64,000 bases of DNA, from NCBI RefSeq assembly GCF_003704095.1, contig NW_020846178.1, positions 62,001 to 126,000 on the forward strand, given 5' to 3'. The position numbers and the translations under genes are program-made. Below, in pieces: positions 27,106 through 39,609 of the stretch (the first letter of the stretch is position 1; every line of letters begins with the position of its first letter). The DNA is from Pocillopora damicornis. Taxonomy: Eukaryota. The notes below the pieces were generated by a model. The model saw only the letters and a program-made list of their open reading frames with translations, did not search any database and was not told the origin of the DNA.

Positions 27106-28214
27106 GCGAACGACGAGGCGCTCTATCCTAATCGATTCGGGGTCAAAAACAGTTTCCAGTTCCTTTCATATTTGTTCTTAGAACATGTAAAATTTATAAA
27201 GAAAATGAGCCATTGAAAGTCAATGCAGAGACATTAGAAAAACAAATTAAAGAGATTTTACTAAGCTCCCTGATATCTGAGTAATGACTTCGAATTAAAA
27301 CTGAACAATCCGTCTTCAAACATCTCATGGGGCACACTTCATGGCCTTCTCTGTATCGTTCAACTCTTACTAGTCATTGGCATTGCGTGGTGTTTACGAT
27401 AAATCATTAGAAAGCGGAAAATTATACTTTGTCTATGTTCAGCTATTTGTACTCTACAGTAAAAGTATTTTACATAACCTGTAAACGCAGCCATTTTTCA
27501 AGTTTTTCCGTTGTTGATTTGAAGATTGCGAAAAAATTGTGCAAAACAGGAGTTTGAAGGTTTTGGGAATTCGAAAATTGAGCAAAACAAGAGGTCATTA
27601 TCTCAGTCAGTTTACGTATCCGTTAGAGCTGAGTCATGCATTAAGTGACTTGAGTGGGTGGGAAACAACGACAATTATCGAGGGGTCTTTTGTAAAGCTA
27701 CATCTGTCACTCGACAAAAGACCTCCATATGCTACAAACTACAAAAGAATTAATGTTTGATTTTATGGCTGACTAGTTTTTCATATACTTCGAGTTTCTC
27801 GTCTCAGGAGAGATATTTTCATAGTTAGAACATATTTTGGTCTTTCAGGTCTTTGGTCTTTCTGCAAACGAAAAGGAGATTCACATTTTTAAAGAAGATA
27901 AGAGCTCTCAGTCGAGTAAAGGGCAGTATTAAAAACAAATTCCAATTTTCATACGATATTGGTCTTGTGACATCATGTACTTTTGCGAATTATCAAGCCA
28001 TTGTAGTGGAGGTCGAAAGAGTGATTTCGGAAATCTAAGGCGCTTAAAGCAAACTTAGAACATTTATTGAGGGTAAAGCTGTCATTTTCTTCTCAAGTTG
28101 TTTCAGGAATAGCTAGACAACGTCACTTTAAGACCAGCACACTTTGTATCAGCCATGTGTTTTGGTGCAGAAAAAAACACACTGTATCAACGTGTCCACA
28201 CCTCCATATCGAGT

Positions 28215-28697
28215 AAGTGCACAAAAAATAACAGTAATCTTTGTCGTACTGAGAAGCAACGCCCGAAGTGTACAAAAAACAGGAGTATTCCTCGTGCTAA
28301 AAGCACCGCGTGAAGTGCACAAGCAACAAAAGTATTCCTCGTTCTAAAAGCATTCCGTGAAGTGTACAAACAACAAGAGTATTCCCAGCTCTAAAAGCAC
28401 CGCGTTAAGTGCACAAAAAACAGTGCACAAATAACAAGAGTATTCCTCATTCAAAAAGCACTGCGTGAAGTGCACAAACAATAACAGTAATCTTTGTTGT
28501 ACTGAAAAGCAACGCGTGAAGTGTACAAAAAACAAGAGTATTCCTCGTTCTAAAAGTACCGTTTGAAGTGCACAAACAACAACAGTAATCTTCACTCTAC
28601 TGAAAGGCAACGCGCGAAGTGCACAAACAACGAAAGTGTTCCTCGTTCTAAAAGCAATGCGTGAAGTGCACAAACAACAAGTCTATTCCTCTTGTAC
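28215..28697. repeat. Minisatellite of about 10 units with 47-bp (A) and 51-bp (B) subtypes
   Basis: Units start AAGTGYACAAA. Type A continues CAACAAGAGTATTCCTCGTTCTAAAAGCACCGCGTG; type B continues CAATAACAGTAATCTTTGTTGTACTGAAAAGCAACGCGTG. Confidence 0.9.
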
Positions 28698-29410
28698 GAA
28701 TCGACGGATAAGGTTCTGGTGAATCGGCAAGATCGAGTCACGCAATTGCAAAGGTGACGTAGGAATACATGCAAAGATCTACGGTGCCTCCTTTCCAAGC
28801 CACGTCGATAGCGAGTGGTTAAAGCTCGACAGAAAAAAGTTACTGGCAGTTGATTGTGGGAAGCCTGGATTATTTGCAGAAAAAAAACTATGGTGCAGCT
28901 CAGTGCAATCTAAATTTGGATGGTAACGTTTGTCTTTTTATTGCCATCAGTTACTGTTTTAACGCTGGTTTTTCTTACAGACTTAATTCATGTATTTACC
29001 GCGTGAAATCAGGTTGAACATCGAGTCAGTTAAGTTTCTTGCTACGAAGATATTTAAAAAATGTCTCCATAAAGCACCTATAAGTATGCTTCTCATGCAA
29101 AATGATACTGGTTTGACCAAAGCATCTTGATCATGACTTCATCTGTCACCTAAATTTGCGAAAAATTTTACTGCGGCTGCATCATAATGCTCTGCATCTC
29201 TGAGTGATTGTTCGCTGGTTGAATAATTTGAATAATTCAAAATAGTTTTCCCCTTTTTTTCTAAGGTCTCCTTTTAGAATGAACTATTTTACAAGTTCTT
29301 GACTTGTGATTGCTCTAATTTTCATGTATATCATACATTTATATCTTTAGACGACGTAACCTTAGCTTTTTTTTCATTTTCTCCCTTTTTAGTAATCCTT
29401 CAAATAAGCC

Positions 29411-32400
29411 ATGACGTTCTGTCCGGAGTTTTGATTCGGTATTGATTTAGTGGAAGCCGCTCTTGCCCAACGCCAGTTCCTACGAATCGTTGATGGTTAT
29501 CCAAGTTTATACGCCGGTCCACACGTTCGAAATGCAATCAGAAGGTATGCTCTGTTCCTTTCATTGACAGTACCAAACAAGGAATATTCTTGAGAAGACT
29601 GATCGAATGCAATCAATTGTTTTTATTTCATGAAATCTACTGCTTTGCTATTTTCCCAGTTACAAGAAGCACTCTTCCCTTAACCATTTCCTTTTCCTTT
29701 AGATATGAACTTTTGTGGCTGCCTTTGCTGGCTCAGTATACCACTCGTACAAAGAAATGGTTCATTGCTTTGAACATTGCAGCACCACTTGACATCGCCT
29801 GGGTGTGGCATGTGCACATGCTGTCCCCTGTCAGTTACCAGAGGGACTGTAATGAAATTGTCGCCACTTTGGTGGATCATAAATTACTAGCTGGTGAGCA
29901 ACGTGACAAAGGACTTTTAAAGGCCAGGGCCCTATGGGAAAAGCTGTATCCTGAAGAACCTTTTAAAGTAGACCTGACGGCCCCTGTTTACGACGCGCCA
30001 GATTTCCAATCAAGAATTGAGTATGACATCGAGGCTGCTTGTGCTCGACAGAGGGTTTTTAATTATCAGTCGTCCCTACCTCATTTCGCGGATAGGAAAT
30101 TATTGACTGAAGCAGTGGAGAGGTATAAATTTCATCTTTATCTCAAGCAGCAAAATCCAGAATTGTTTTTTGTACCGAGCTATGACTTTGACCCTATTTG
30201 GCACTCACATCAACTTAATCCGTCAATCTATACAAGAGACACCACAGAAATCCTGGGTGAAGTATACAATCACAATGATTCGGTGAACGACCGAAAGCCA
30301 GGCTCACAACTTATCAAGGCTGAAACAGTAACACGAGAGAAATGGAAAGAGCTGGGTCATCAATTTGCACTTAATGGAGCCATGTTTCGCGGAGAGCCTC
30401 TTGGTACGCAGAAAGAATCCATTGATTACAGTTTGCATGCAGCATTTGAGTACACCGTAGACTTGACCACGTTGGAAGTTGAAGGTCTCCCAAAATCGAA
30501 AACCTACACTGTCGAAATTGATCTTGTCAATGGCTCGCAAGTGTTAAAGGAGCAAGTTCGTGGACCTGCTGCAAGAGTTACAAAATCTTATGGTGCGTCA
30601 TCAAGGTTTACATATAAAAAGAAGAGTAGCGGGAATTTGAGGGTAAGCGTTCTTGTACAAATTTTCTTCTTCGAAAGTTTTTATTTCCATTAGGGCTTGA
30701 AACTAGCTTTTTAATGAATTAGTGACATAATTGACTCACCTGAAAGTTTTGTACTAACTAATATTGATAGGTAGTCGTATCTAGCCACAAAGTCATATTA
30801 CAATCATAGGCTTTCCGCGGTGAGTAATCTTACTGTTGCCGAGTCAATAATATTAGATATCCACCAGATTAATATATTTGAAGCTGACCAAAAGAGGGTT
30901 GCCGAATTTCTGAGAACATAAGGATTCATTTATGAACAATTATATGAAATAATATCGCGATAAGTAAATAGCGAGCAGGTCCATAATGATTTACGTGTGA
31001 GCCATGGGGAAATCACAAGAAATAGTGAAAAACAATTTTAATCGTTCTATTATCGAGTTTGGTTTTGTTAATCACTCACTGATCGCTTCAGAAATGGTAA
31101 ATCATTTTCCGCGAAAGAATGTGGCCAAAAGTAAGCATGAAGGCGAATAGTTTGCACCAAGTTACACATTAAGACGTATTACTTATGAGCAAACTCTAGT
31201 TACTAGGTGGATGTTTTTAACTTTGAAAGTTGCTGAGTGTAGAAGTGGCAGTCCTGGAAAGGACTGTTTTCGTCAACTTATGAGTACTAACGACTTTTTC
31301 CGTAATTGAAATCTGGTTATCACCGAGCCTTAAGTCACAGTCACGGACGAATATTCAGCAACGTGGAACTTCCTCTTGCTTTTCACATTTACTATACAAG
31401 TCTGTAGAGTATTACTTATCAGACGAATATCTGGCCCCGAGAGTCCCTTACAAGAGTAACGTGGTGCCTCAACCGAAAACGCACGAGTTAACCATCGATA
31501 AAAACCTGATTGTTCGGTTTACTACAGTGGTACATCCACTTCAGCTAGACGAATACATTTTCACAGTAATACCAAAGAGGAATATCAGCCCAGTCCAAGA
31601 TGCTGCTTCCATTTTGAGCTCACCAGCACTGTTCCTTTCGCCTTGTTCTTTGAACCAAACCCTGGCTTCTAGTGAAATTTCAATGCATCCGCTACTGGAC
31701 TGTTGGGGACGAAAAGCGTTTACCTGCCGAGTGATGCACTCCGCTGAGTTGCTGTTCTCCTCCGTAGAGGTCATGAACCACGTCCATGAGGTTGTTAGCA
31801 CCGCGCACCTTCTACGCAAAAATGTCCCTCCGACGAAAAAGCAAGTCAACCAGCCCCAGTTTTGTTGCACTTTGGATGTGGCGGGAGGGGAAAGAGCCAT
31901 GTTGATTAGAGGGTGCAAAGACTGGGGCATCTGCATTGGCAAATGGAAAGGAGTTGCGAAGGGTGTTCCTGGCGTACCTGGAATAGGAGGGTCTGAAGGT
32001 AGTCCAGGTGTTAAAGGAACGCCTGGCGTGAAGGGCCAACCAGGTTATTTGTGCATCGAGTTCTTCTCAATGTCCGGAGCACAAGAGTGGAAAAGAGTGA
32101 ATAAAAATGAAGAAAACTTCAGGGTAAGTCTCAGCGAAAAAGAGAAAGTCTACGTTAACCTTCGCACTGGAGTGATCTCTTTTACACATGCAGTAAGTGC
32201 CGTACCAGAAAGCATTGTACTGGGATTCTCTATAGCTGTCCTTCATCTTCTGTGTCAGCCTAACACTTCGAAAAGAATGATCGACCACACAGAGCCATCA
32301 GTTATGGTGTCAAGCCAGAAAGACAAACCTCGTAGAATCCGCTGTGAAGACCTAGCGCTGATAGTCGCGGCAGGGTTCTATGCAACCACTATACCGAGCA

Positions 32401-32428
32401 ACGCATACATTAAGCACGAACTTGGGGT
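29411..32428 (+). pseudogene. GRDP-like copy E, pseudogene; exon 1 29411-29544, exon 2 29703-30642, exon 3 about 31351 to gap
   Basis: Codon 8 is TGA (29432-29434) where paralogs have CAA/CGA. The 3' end of intron 2 including the AG acceptor is deleted (TCACGGAC joins directly to GAATATTCAGCAA near 31348). Exons 2 and 3 are otherwise open. Confidence 0.85.
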
Positions 32429-35400
32429 NNNNNNNNNNNNNNNNNNNNNNNNNNNNNNNNNNNNNNNNNNNNNNNNNNNNNNNNNNNNNNNNNNNNNNNN
32501 NNNNNNNNNNNNNNNNNNNNNNNNNNNNNNNNNNNNNNNNNNNNNNNNNNNNNNNNNNNNNNNNNNNNNNNNNNNNNNNNNNNNNNNNNNNNNNNNNNNN
32601 NNNNNNNNNNNNNNNNNNNNNNNNNNNNNNNNNNNNNNNNNNNNNNNNNNNNNNNNNNNNNNNNNNNNNNNNNNNNNNNNNNNNNNNNNNNNNNNNNNNN
32701 NNNNNNNNNTTTTAAATTGTAACAACAAAATCCTTAGTTTACATTCGGGACGTGTACCCTCCCTGCTGGAAAGCGTCCATGTCGATGAATGTATTTTCTC
32801 CCTAATCTAAGATTAAACCTTTCTACATACACATGATAAGTCATTTCTAAACAAGGTAGTCCATTTCAAGTGAATGGTACAAATAAAGGTGGAATTTAAA
32901 AGTGAAGGATAAATGAAAGCGAAAAAATCCTATTACCAAAAATGGTCATTCTGAAAAAGTTTTCGTTTGGATCATTTTCGCACTGCCTAGCCGATGACTA
33001 ATGTTGCTTTTACTCCTAATCTTAAGGTTCTCGCGTAAAGTGCCATCCCGATTCATGAAATCTGCCATTACTACCAAAAAAATTTGAAATGAAACCTCAG
33101 GCTTCGTGCCATTCAACTGATCATTTGACATGATCAATCATTTGAAAAAAGTTTTACAGGGTGGAATGAGACAGTTGCAAAATTTCGAATGGATTTCCTT
33201 TTCCTCACTGTATTTCTGGAATGACAACGGGTCTAAATGAATCGAAACATCTCTGAAATGTTGCTGCAACAAATTCCCAATTGAAAGCTATGTTTAACAG
33301 TTTTCTGGTTCGATGTGAATGTACACTTAAATGAATTGGTAAGATAAGTTCCAGGACAATTTCAAATGCTCTCAAGTCGATTGTTTGAAGGCCACGTCTT
33401 GTCAACTGTGAAACGGTTCCTGGGAATTTCTTCTGGTATCCCCCTCAATACGGGTCTCCACTTTTTGGAAAATGAAGAAAAAAGGCTTTGAGTTAATGAC
33501 ATCTATAAAATGTAATCGAATGGTCGAGACCGTTTTGTCTTCTGCGTAGCCATGCAATGAAACATATATCAAAGTAACTGGATATGATATTAGGAATGTT
33601 TCGAATCATGAATCTTTGCATGGCTTCGATAATTTGTCTTACGATGATTCTCATCTCTGCACAAATGTAACCATAAGCTAAGCTTGTCATTGACTACGAA
33701 GACAAATTAGAAATGAAATCACGAAGACTTGATACGATTTCTACTATTTTTGGTACATGGAATTCACCAATGCAATCATACAATTCAGTTTCCTTTTGAA
33801 AAGAGAAGAAAAAAGAGAAAACATCATCCTTCTAAAAAAGTGTCCTTTCTGTCAAGAAAAAAACTTAAACTGCCACACAAATGGCCCAGGTCGTCTTGTT
33901 AATCGTACTTTGATGTCTATTCCACAATGGAAATAAGATCTTACTTCTGATAAAATACGAACTTCTCCTATTCGATTTTGTAAAAGATCATGAAACTCTT
34001 CAGATATGTCAGAAAATATTAGTCCTATTTTTAACTGGAAATTCCTTCTTCTTGGTGAACGTTCAAACACTCCAGCGAGAATTAACGAAAAAGTTCTTCG
34101 TATGATATTTTTTCCTACTTCCATGTCATCAATTGGTGTCTGAAAAAAATCAGATATTTATCGTGTTTCTATGGCTCAAATGATTATATTATGAAACCAT
34201 GCTTCTAACTCTCGAGTTCTTATTAATTGACTCATTTCCATCTCTACTTGGAGTCTCCTTCACTCAGGTATTTTAAATCCCCACCATTTTTTCCTAACGT
34301 TTCAATCTCCTCTGTTCAGCGTAGAAAATTAAAAAGAAAAGTAATTTTCAACTCGTGTTTGAACCCGTAATTTTTAAACCTTTTTCCCCTTTGGCTGTTC
34401 TTGTTTCATGATTGTCTTCTGGCTGGAAATACACGGCATCATTTTGAGATTTTTTAATTCGGTAGCCTTTGTTGTAACAGCACATAATGTGGGTGTCTTT
34501 AAGGGCTAACGAAGGGCTAACGCTCGAAATGTCAGCCTTTTAACTCTTTACGGTGGCCAATTCACGTTTTCAACTCAGTTGTTCACACTAAATTACCCGC
34601 TGCATTCTTCCACCGACGCAGCACCACAGTTCTCTAGAAACTTACCGCCTTTATTCATTTGTCTTAAGAAAACTTGAGATAATACCTGAATTTCATTTTT
34701 ACATCACAGATTCCAAACATCAATCCAATTTTCTCTTTAGTTTAAAAGTTTAGTTGATGTTGTTATTGGCTATATTAAATAAGTTGAAAAGTTTTAGGTG
34801 GTATAATTGAATTTACTGGAAGGTTAAGTTGTTGCGACATGTTAATATGAAACGCAACAATAAATTTTATTGATATGTAAAAAGTTTTCATTTGACTATC
34901 TACCAAGTCTTTGTATTATATTTCAACCCAACCATTTTCCACAACTTGTAAACACCATTACAAAATAATTAGTCCGGGAAATGGAAAATTTGTGGCATAT
35001 ACACCATGTTTGAAATGCCATGTCCATAATAAGCTGACAGGATTGAGGCGGGGGTATGTGGGAATAGGATCTCTTGTCTGTATCATTAACTTGCCAATCG
35101 CTCCTAATGACAATATTTCGATGAAGTTGGGCTGTATGGACAAAGGAATTGAGGATTTTAGTAGGCAGTGACTTTTTTTCAAACCTGGAAACTTTCATTG
35201 TGAAAGCCATACTTGCACCTGGTAACTCATTCTTATTCTGATAAACTAGTCTTAAGAAGGATACAATATTTAATTAGTACATAAATTTGATGCATAAGCT
35301 GTGCACAAAACTTTAATTTAACTATACTTTTCTAGCCAATACCAATCCCTAGACATAATAAAATGTTAGGAGGATCAGAGGAAAAATAATGTGCCATGCA

Positions 35401-36018
35401 TCTGCAAGATTTCATGTAATTATATTAATTACATGAATATTAACTAATACTAGGAGATCTAGGAATATTCTGATGGATATAAAATTTGGTTGAAAAAATT
35501 AGAATTCAGCATAGGCTGGTCAAACAAGATTCTTCGGGAAAGAAATGTGTACATATGAAAAAGCTATGCAAACATTTTTACAACACCTGCCTGTACCTGT
35601 ATGAAATGTAGCAAAGTCATTCAAAGTAGTCACAATACCAGTTTTATATGTTGAAAACACACGCACATGCAGATTTCCATACCAAAAAAATATTTTTAAA
35701 GACACCTCTACAATGGTAGGTATACACAACTGACATGTATGAGTGAGGCATGTCAAGCATTAAGGTACAATTGTCAATTTGCTTTTCATTACTTGCAAAC
35801 AGCTTATTTTTAGTAGCTTTGAAAACTCCTGTATGATATCCCCTTTCCAAAAAGGTATTTCCCATGAGAATTTAAACATTTAAGACATATTAAGCTACCA
35901 GCAACAGGTTTTTCCATTGCAAGTGTTTCTTACCATCAGATTCTTATATTTTTTTCCTTACATTTGAAAGCATAGGTATATTTTAATCATTACAATATGA
36001 TGAAATACTCAATTTTAA

Positions 36019-36226
36019 CCCTTTAAATCCAAAGATCTCATTAGTAATTCTCCTTGCTGTCCACCACATGATTCTCATTATGTTGGTTTGGGAAATTTGG
36101 TATCAGATCAATTAGTAATCCAATATATAATTGATATTTTTCTTTATTATCATCACTTGTCTACATGATATTGTATAGATATAGTAAGGAGAAATTCTGT
36201 CTTGGTCACTCACTGGAGTTAAAGAG
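36019..36226. mobile_element. piggyBac-like MITE, same family
   Basis: TTAA-CCCTTTAAATCC...GGAGTTAAAGAG-TTAA with the internal TCTCCTT / AAGGAGAAATTCTGTCTTGGTCAC motifs. Confidence 0.85.
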
Positions 36227-37188
36227 TTAAGACAATATGGTAGTCATACGTACGAGAAAGACAGCAATGAAATATAACATTAAACTCCATTAAATTGTTC
36301 TTGTGTAGAATGAAGTTTCAAACTCATTGAAATTGATTCAGATTTTAGTTGATGAAATATGTAATACCTCTTTACAAAGATGAAAAGGGAATGACATTTA
36401 TGAATTTTTAAATAGTAAATGCCAAAGACTTACTAAAATATGGCGAATCTATTTGCTGAGATTTTAATCTTTAGGTGGCACACAAAGATATGAAAGAGGC
36501 TTTGTGAAAAAAACCAGGGCAATAAAATTAAAAGATTCAGGAGAAGCATGAGACATAAACTAATGTTCTCACCTGAATTCAATCTGGAAAGAGAACCCTA
36601 CAACACTTCTGTTCTATCTTCTCACACTTGAATTTAAACAAAAAATTCAATTATTTGCAGGCAGGTTAGGGAAGAAATTAAAGAAATGGATACATGTTAC
36701 ATGAAAAGAAACCCGTTACAATAAAGTAGAGCGGAAGCATATTACCTACATGAGTATGCTTCTGAATACCGCTATAATAAGTATTTTTTAAGCAATTTTC
36801 TATATATTTAAATCGGGTGCAATCTACGGTCGCAAAAGCAATTTTATTCTAACCTTCCTCCTTGAAGGGTGCCTTGTGTATCAAATTTATCAAGGTCAGT
36901 ACCTCCAGAGTCATAAGCCGGGCTTTTGGGGCTACAAAATAAAGTTATCAACGAGCTATGCCGGGCCAATTTATCGAGAGTCAATCAAGTATAGTTCCTA
37001 AAATCGTATGGAAAGTTTAAAATGTGCTTCACTTGTGCTAAATATACGGATTCACCGTTCTTAATTACTGATGAAATTCCGAGGGCGTCACTCAGTTAAT
37101 TCAAAAGAAAATATCCAAGCAGGTTACAGAAATGGTCTACAAATAGTAAACTGATAATGTGTTTACAAAACTTCCCTTAATTATGGCA

Positions 37189-37740
37189 TGGCCAGAAATC
37201 CGTAACAGCATGGCCGCCATGCAAGCGCATCGTAACCTACATTTGTAGGTTACAAACGAGGCGCAAATTCACCACAAGGAAAACACTGCAATTTCAGCTA
37301 ACCTTCTTTTAATAATTGCTCCTATGTTTCAACCACCAGAGGAAACAAGTTCTTCCTGATCGCAAAATAAAGTGGATTTTATGTACAGCCTTTCGCTGCG
37401 TGCTCTACGTGCTTTTGGGTGCTAAAGTGGTTCCCGAAGCGACTTCTGTTGGACGCATAAATCCTCGCACTCCGCCATACATTTTCTTAATAACAGTCCA
37501 AAGGTGGCATAAATTGTCGAAAATCACCCCACTTCGCAGGAATATTCTTCCAGATCGAACTGTTTTGTTCACATGTTAAACTTCATTTATAATGCAAAAT
37601 TAGAAGCCATTGAAGCAACTAAATCGGTCCCAAACTTGGTGGAAAAACAGCCAAACACTGCTGAAAAATCCTCAATGTGACGCCACTTTTAGAGCTCGAC
37701 AAATATTTCAGGAAAACGCCATTTTTTAGTCGGCCGTAGA
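37189..37740. repeat. 550-bp segment duplicated at 46518-47035
   Basis: TGGCCAGAAATCCGTRACAGCATGGCCGCCA...CAGGAAAACGCCATTTTTT is collinear in both places. Confidence 0.85.
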
Positions 37741-39609
37741 CCTAACTTCCAGGGGAGTTACTACATCACGGGCGACGAGTCGGGGAAGAAGAAAAGACCG
37801 AAATACGAGTAGTCAGCGGGGAAACAAATTTAATACTTCATGTAGAGACATATCAGTTGTAGTTGCAGAAAACGACAGTGTGCCGAAATGTTAATAGTAT
37901 ACTTCACTAAATAAAATGTTAAGCAATTTTTCAAAAGTGTTGATGGCACATATGTCTTTTACTGCTGTAATAAACAATGGAGTGATAATATAAATTTGGT
38001 CTTTCAATTGATTCATTCTGGATACGAAAAGGAGAGTTACAGTTTTAAAGAAAGTAAGCGCTCTCAATCGACATACTTTTGCCAATTATCAAGCCATCGT
38101 AGTGGAATTCGGTAAAGTGATTTCGGAAATGTGAGGCACTTAAAGCAAACTACGAACACGTTTTGAGGGTAAAACTATCACATTCTCCTCAAGTTGTTTC
38201 AGGAATAGCTAGACAGCGTCACTTTTAGAGAAGCACACTTCTTTGTATTAGCCATGTGTTTCGGTGCAGAAAAATGTATAAACGTGAACACACCTCCATA
38301 TCGAGTAACTCGTGACAGAGAGAGTCAAGTCAGAGTTGATAGTCAGTGGAAAGGTTAAGACTGTCTTTTTGGAAGCTAGGGTCAGTATAAGAACATAAAT
38401 TTCGGTGTGAAAACATGTTCCTTTTTTTTTCTTTCCCTTACTGTTATGAAACCTGATAACATCGATATAATTAAGTTAAAACTTCCCGCTAACCGTTCAG
38501 CACCGTTCAGGATGAGAGACTGATTGTCACGTTAGTTAAGTTGCTCATGGGGTTATTTTATTATTATTATTATAAAGGGGTTCTAGATTTTCTGAAGCCC
38601 TTCCTGATACGTTTCTCATGAAAAGTATCAGGCTTGACCATAGCATCTTCACTGATGCTAAATCTCTCATCTCTGTTCAAGAAACTCGTGTGGCTATCTT
38701 TGAGTAGTTTGAACCTGCGAGTGATTGTTCCGAGTCGTGTATTTGGAATCTTAAACTTCTCGATTGGTCAATTCAAAAGGATTAGGAAGGAAGCCCTTCC
38801 TAATAAAGTAGGTGTAAACGTTGGAAATATAATCCATCTTGACGATATAGCAGAAGGCTCTAGTGAATCGACAAGATCGAGTAACTTTGTAATTGCGAAG
38901 GTGCGCAAAGGTTCGATAAGGAGTGGTTAAAGCTTGACCAGAAGAAAGCTACTGGGAGTTGATTGTCGAAAGGCTTGGATTATTTGTAGATAAAAACTAT
39001 GACGCAGCTTACTGCAATCTAAATTTGGACGGGGAAACGTTTGTCTTTTCATTGCCATCAGTTACTGTTTTGACACCAATGTTTCTTAGAAACTTAAATA
39101 ATGTATCTACTGCTTCAGTCAGTTAAGTTTCTTGTTACAAAGCTATTTCCAAAATGTTTTCAGACTCTCCAATGCACTCATAAGTACGTTTCTCGTGCAA
39201 AATGATACTGGTTTGACCTTAGTATCTGGAGTGAAGCCGCATCTGTCACGTTATTATAAACTAAAAGGTTCCAGACTGTCTAATACAATCATAAGTATGT
39301 TTGTCATGCAAAATTATACTGTTTTGAACATAGTATCTTGACAGTTGATTTGCGCGAAATTTTATTACGGGTGAATTCTAATGCTCTACATCTCTGAGTG
39401 ATTGTTCGCTGGTTGAATAATTTGAATAATTTCCCCCTTGTTTAATATTTCCTTTTAGAGTGAAGTATTTTAAAAGTTCAACTTACAAAGAAGTTCTTGA
39501 CTTGTGATCGCTCTGATTTTCATGCATATCTTAGATTTACATCTTTAGACGACGTAACCTTTGGTTTTTTTAAATTTTCTCCCTGTTTAGCAACCATTCA
39601 AAGTAAGCC

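Noticed and set aside
28215-28697. CRISPR-like regular repeats
   Set aside because: No unique spacers, whole units are homologous, the context is eukaryotic and no cas genes are present.
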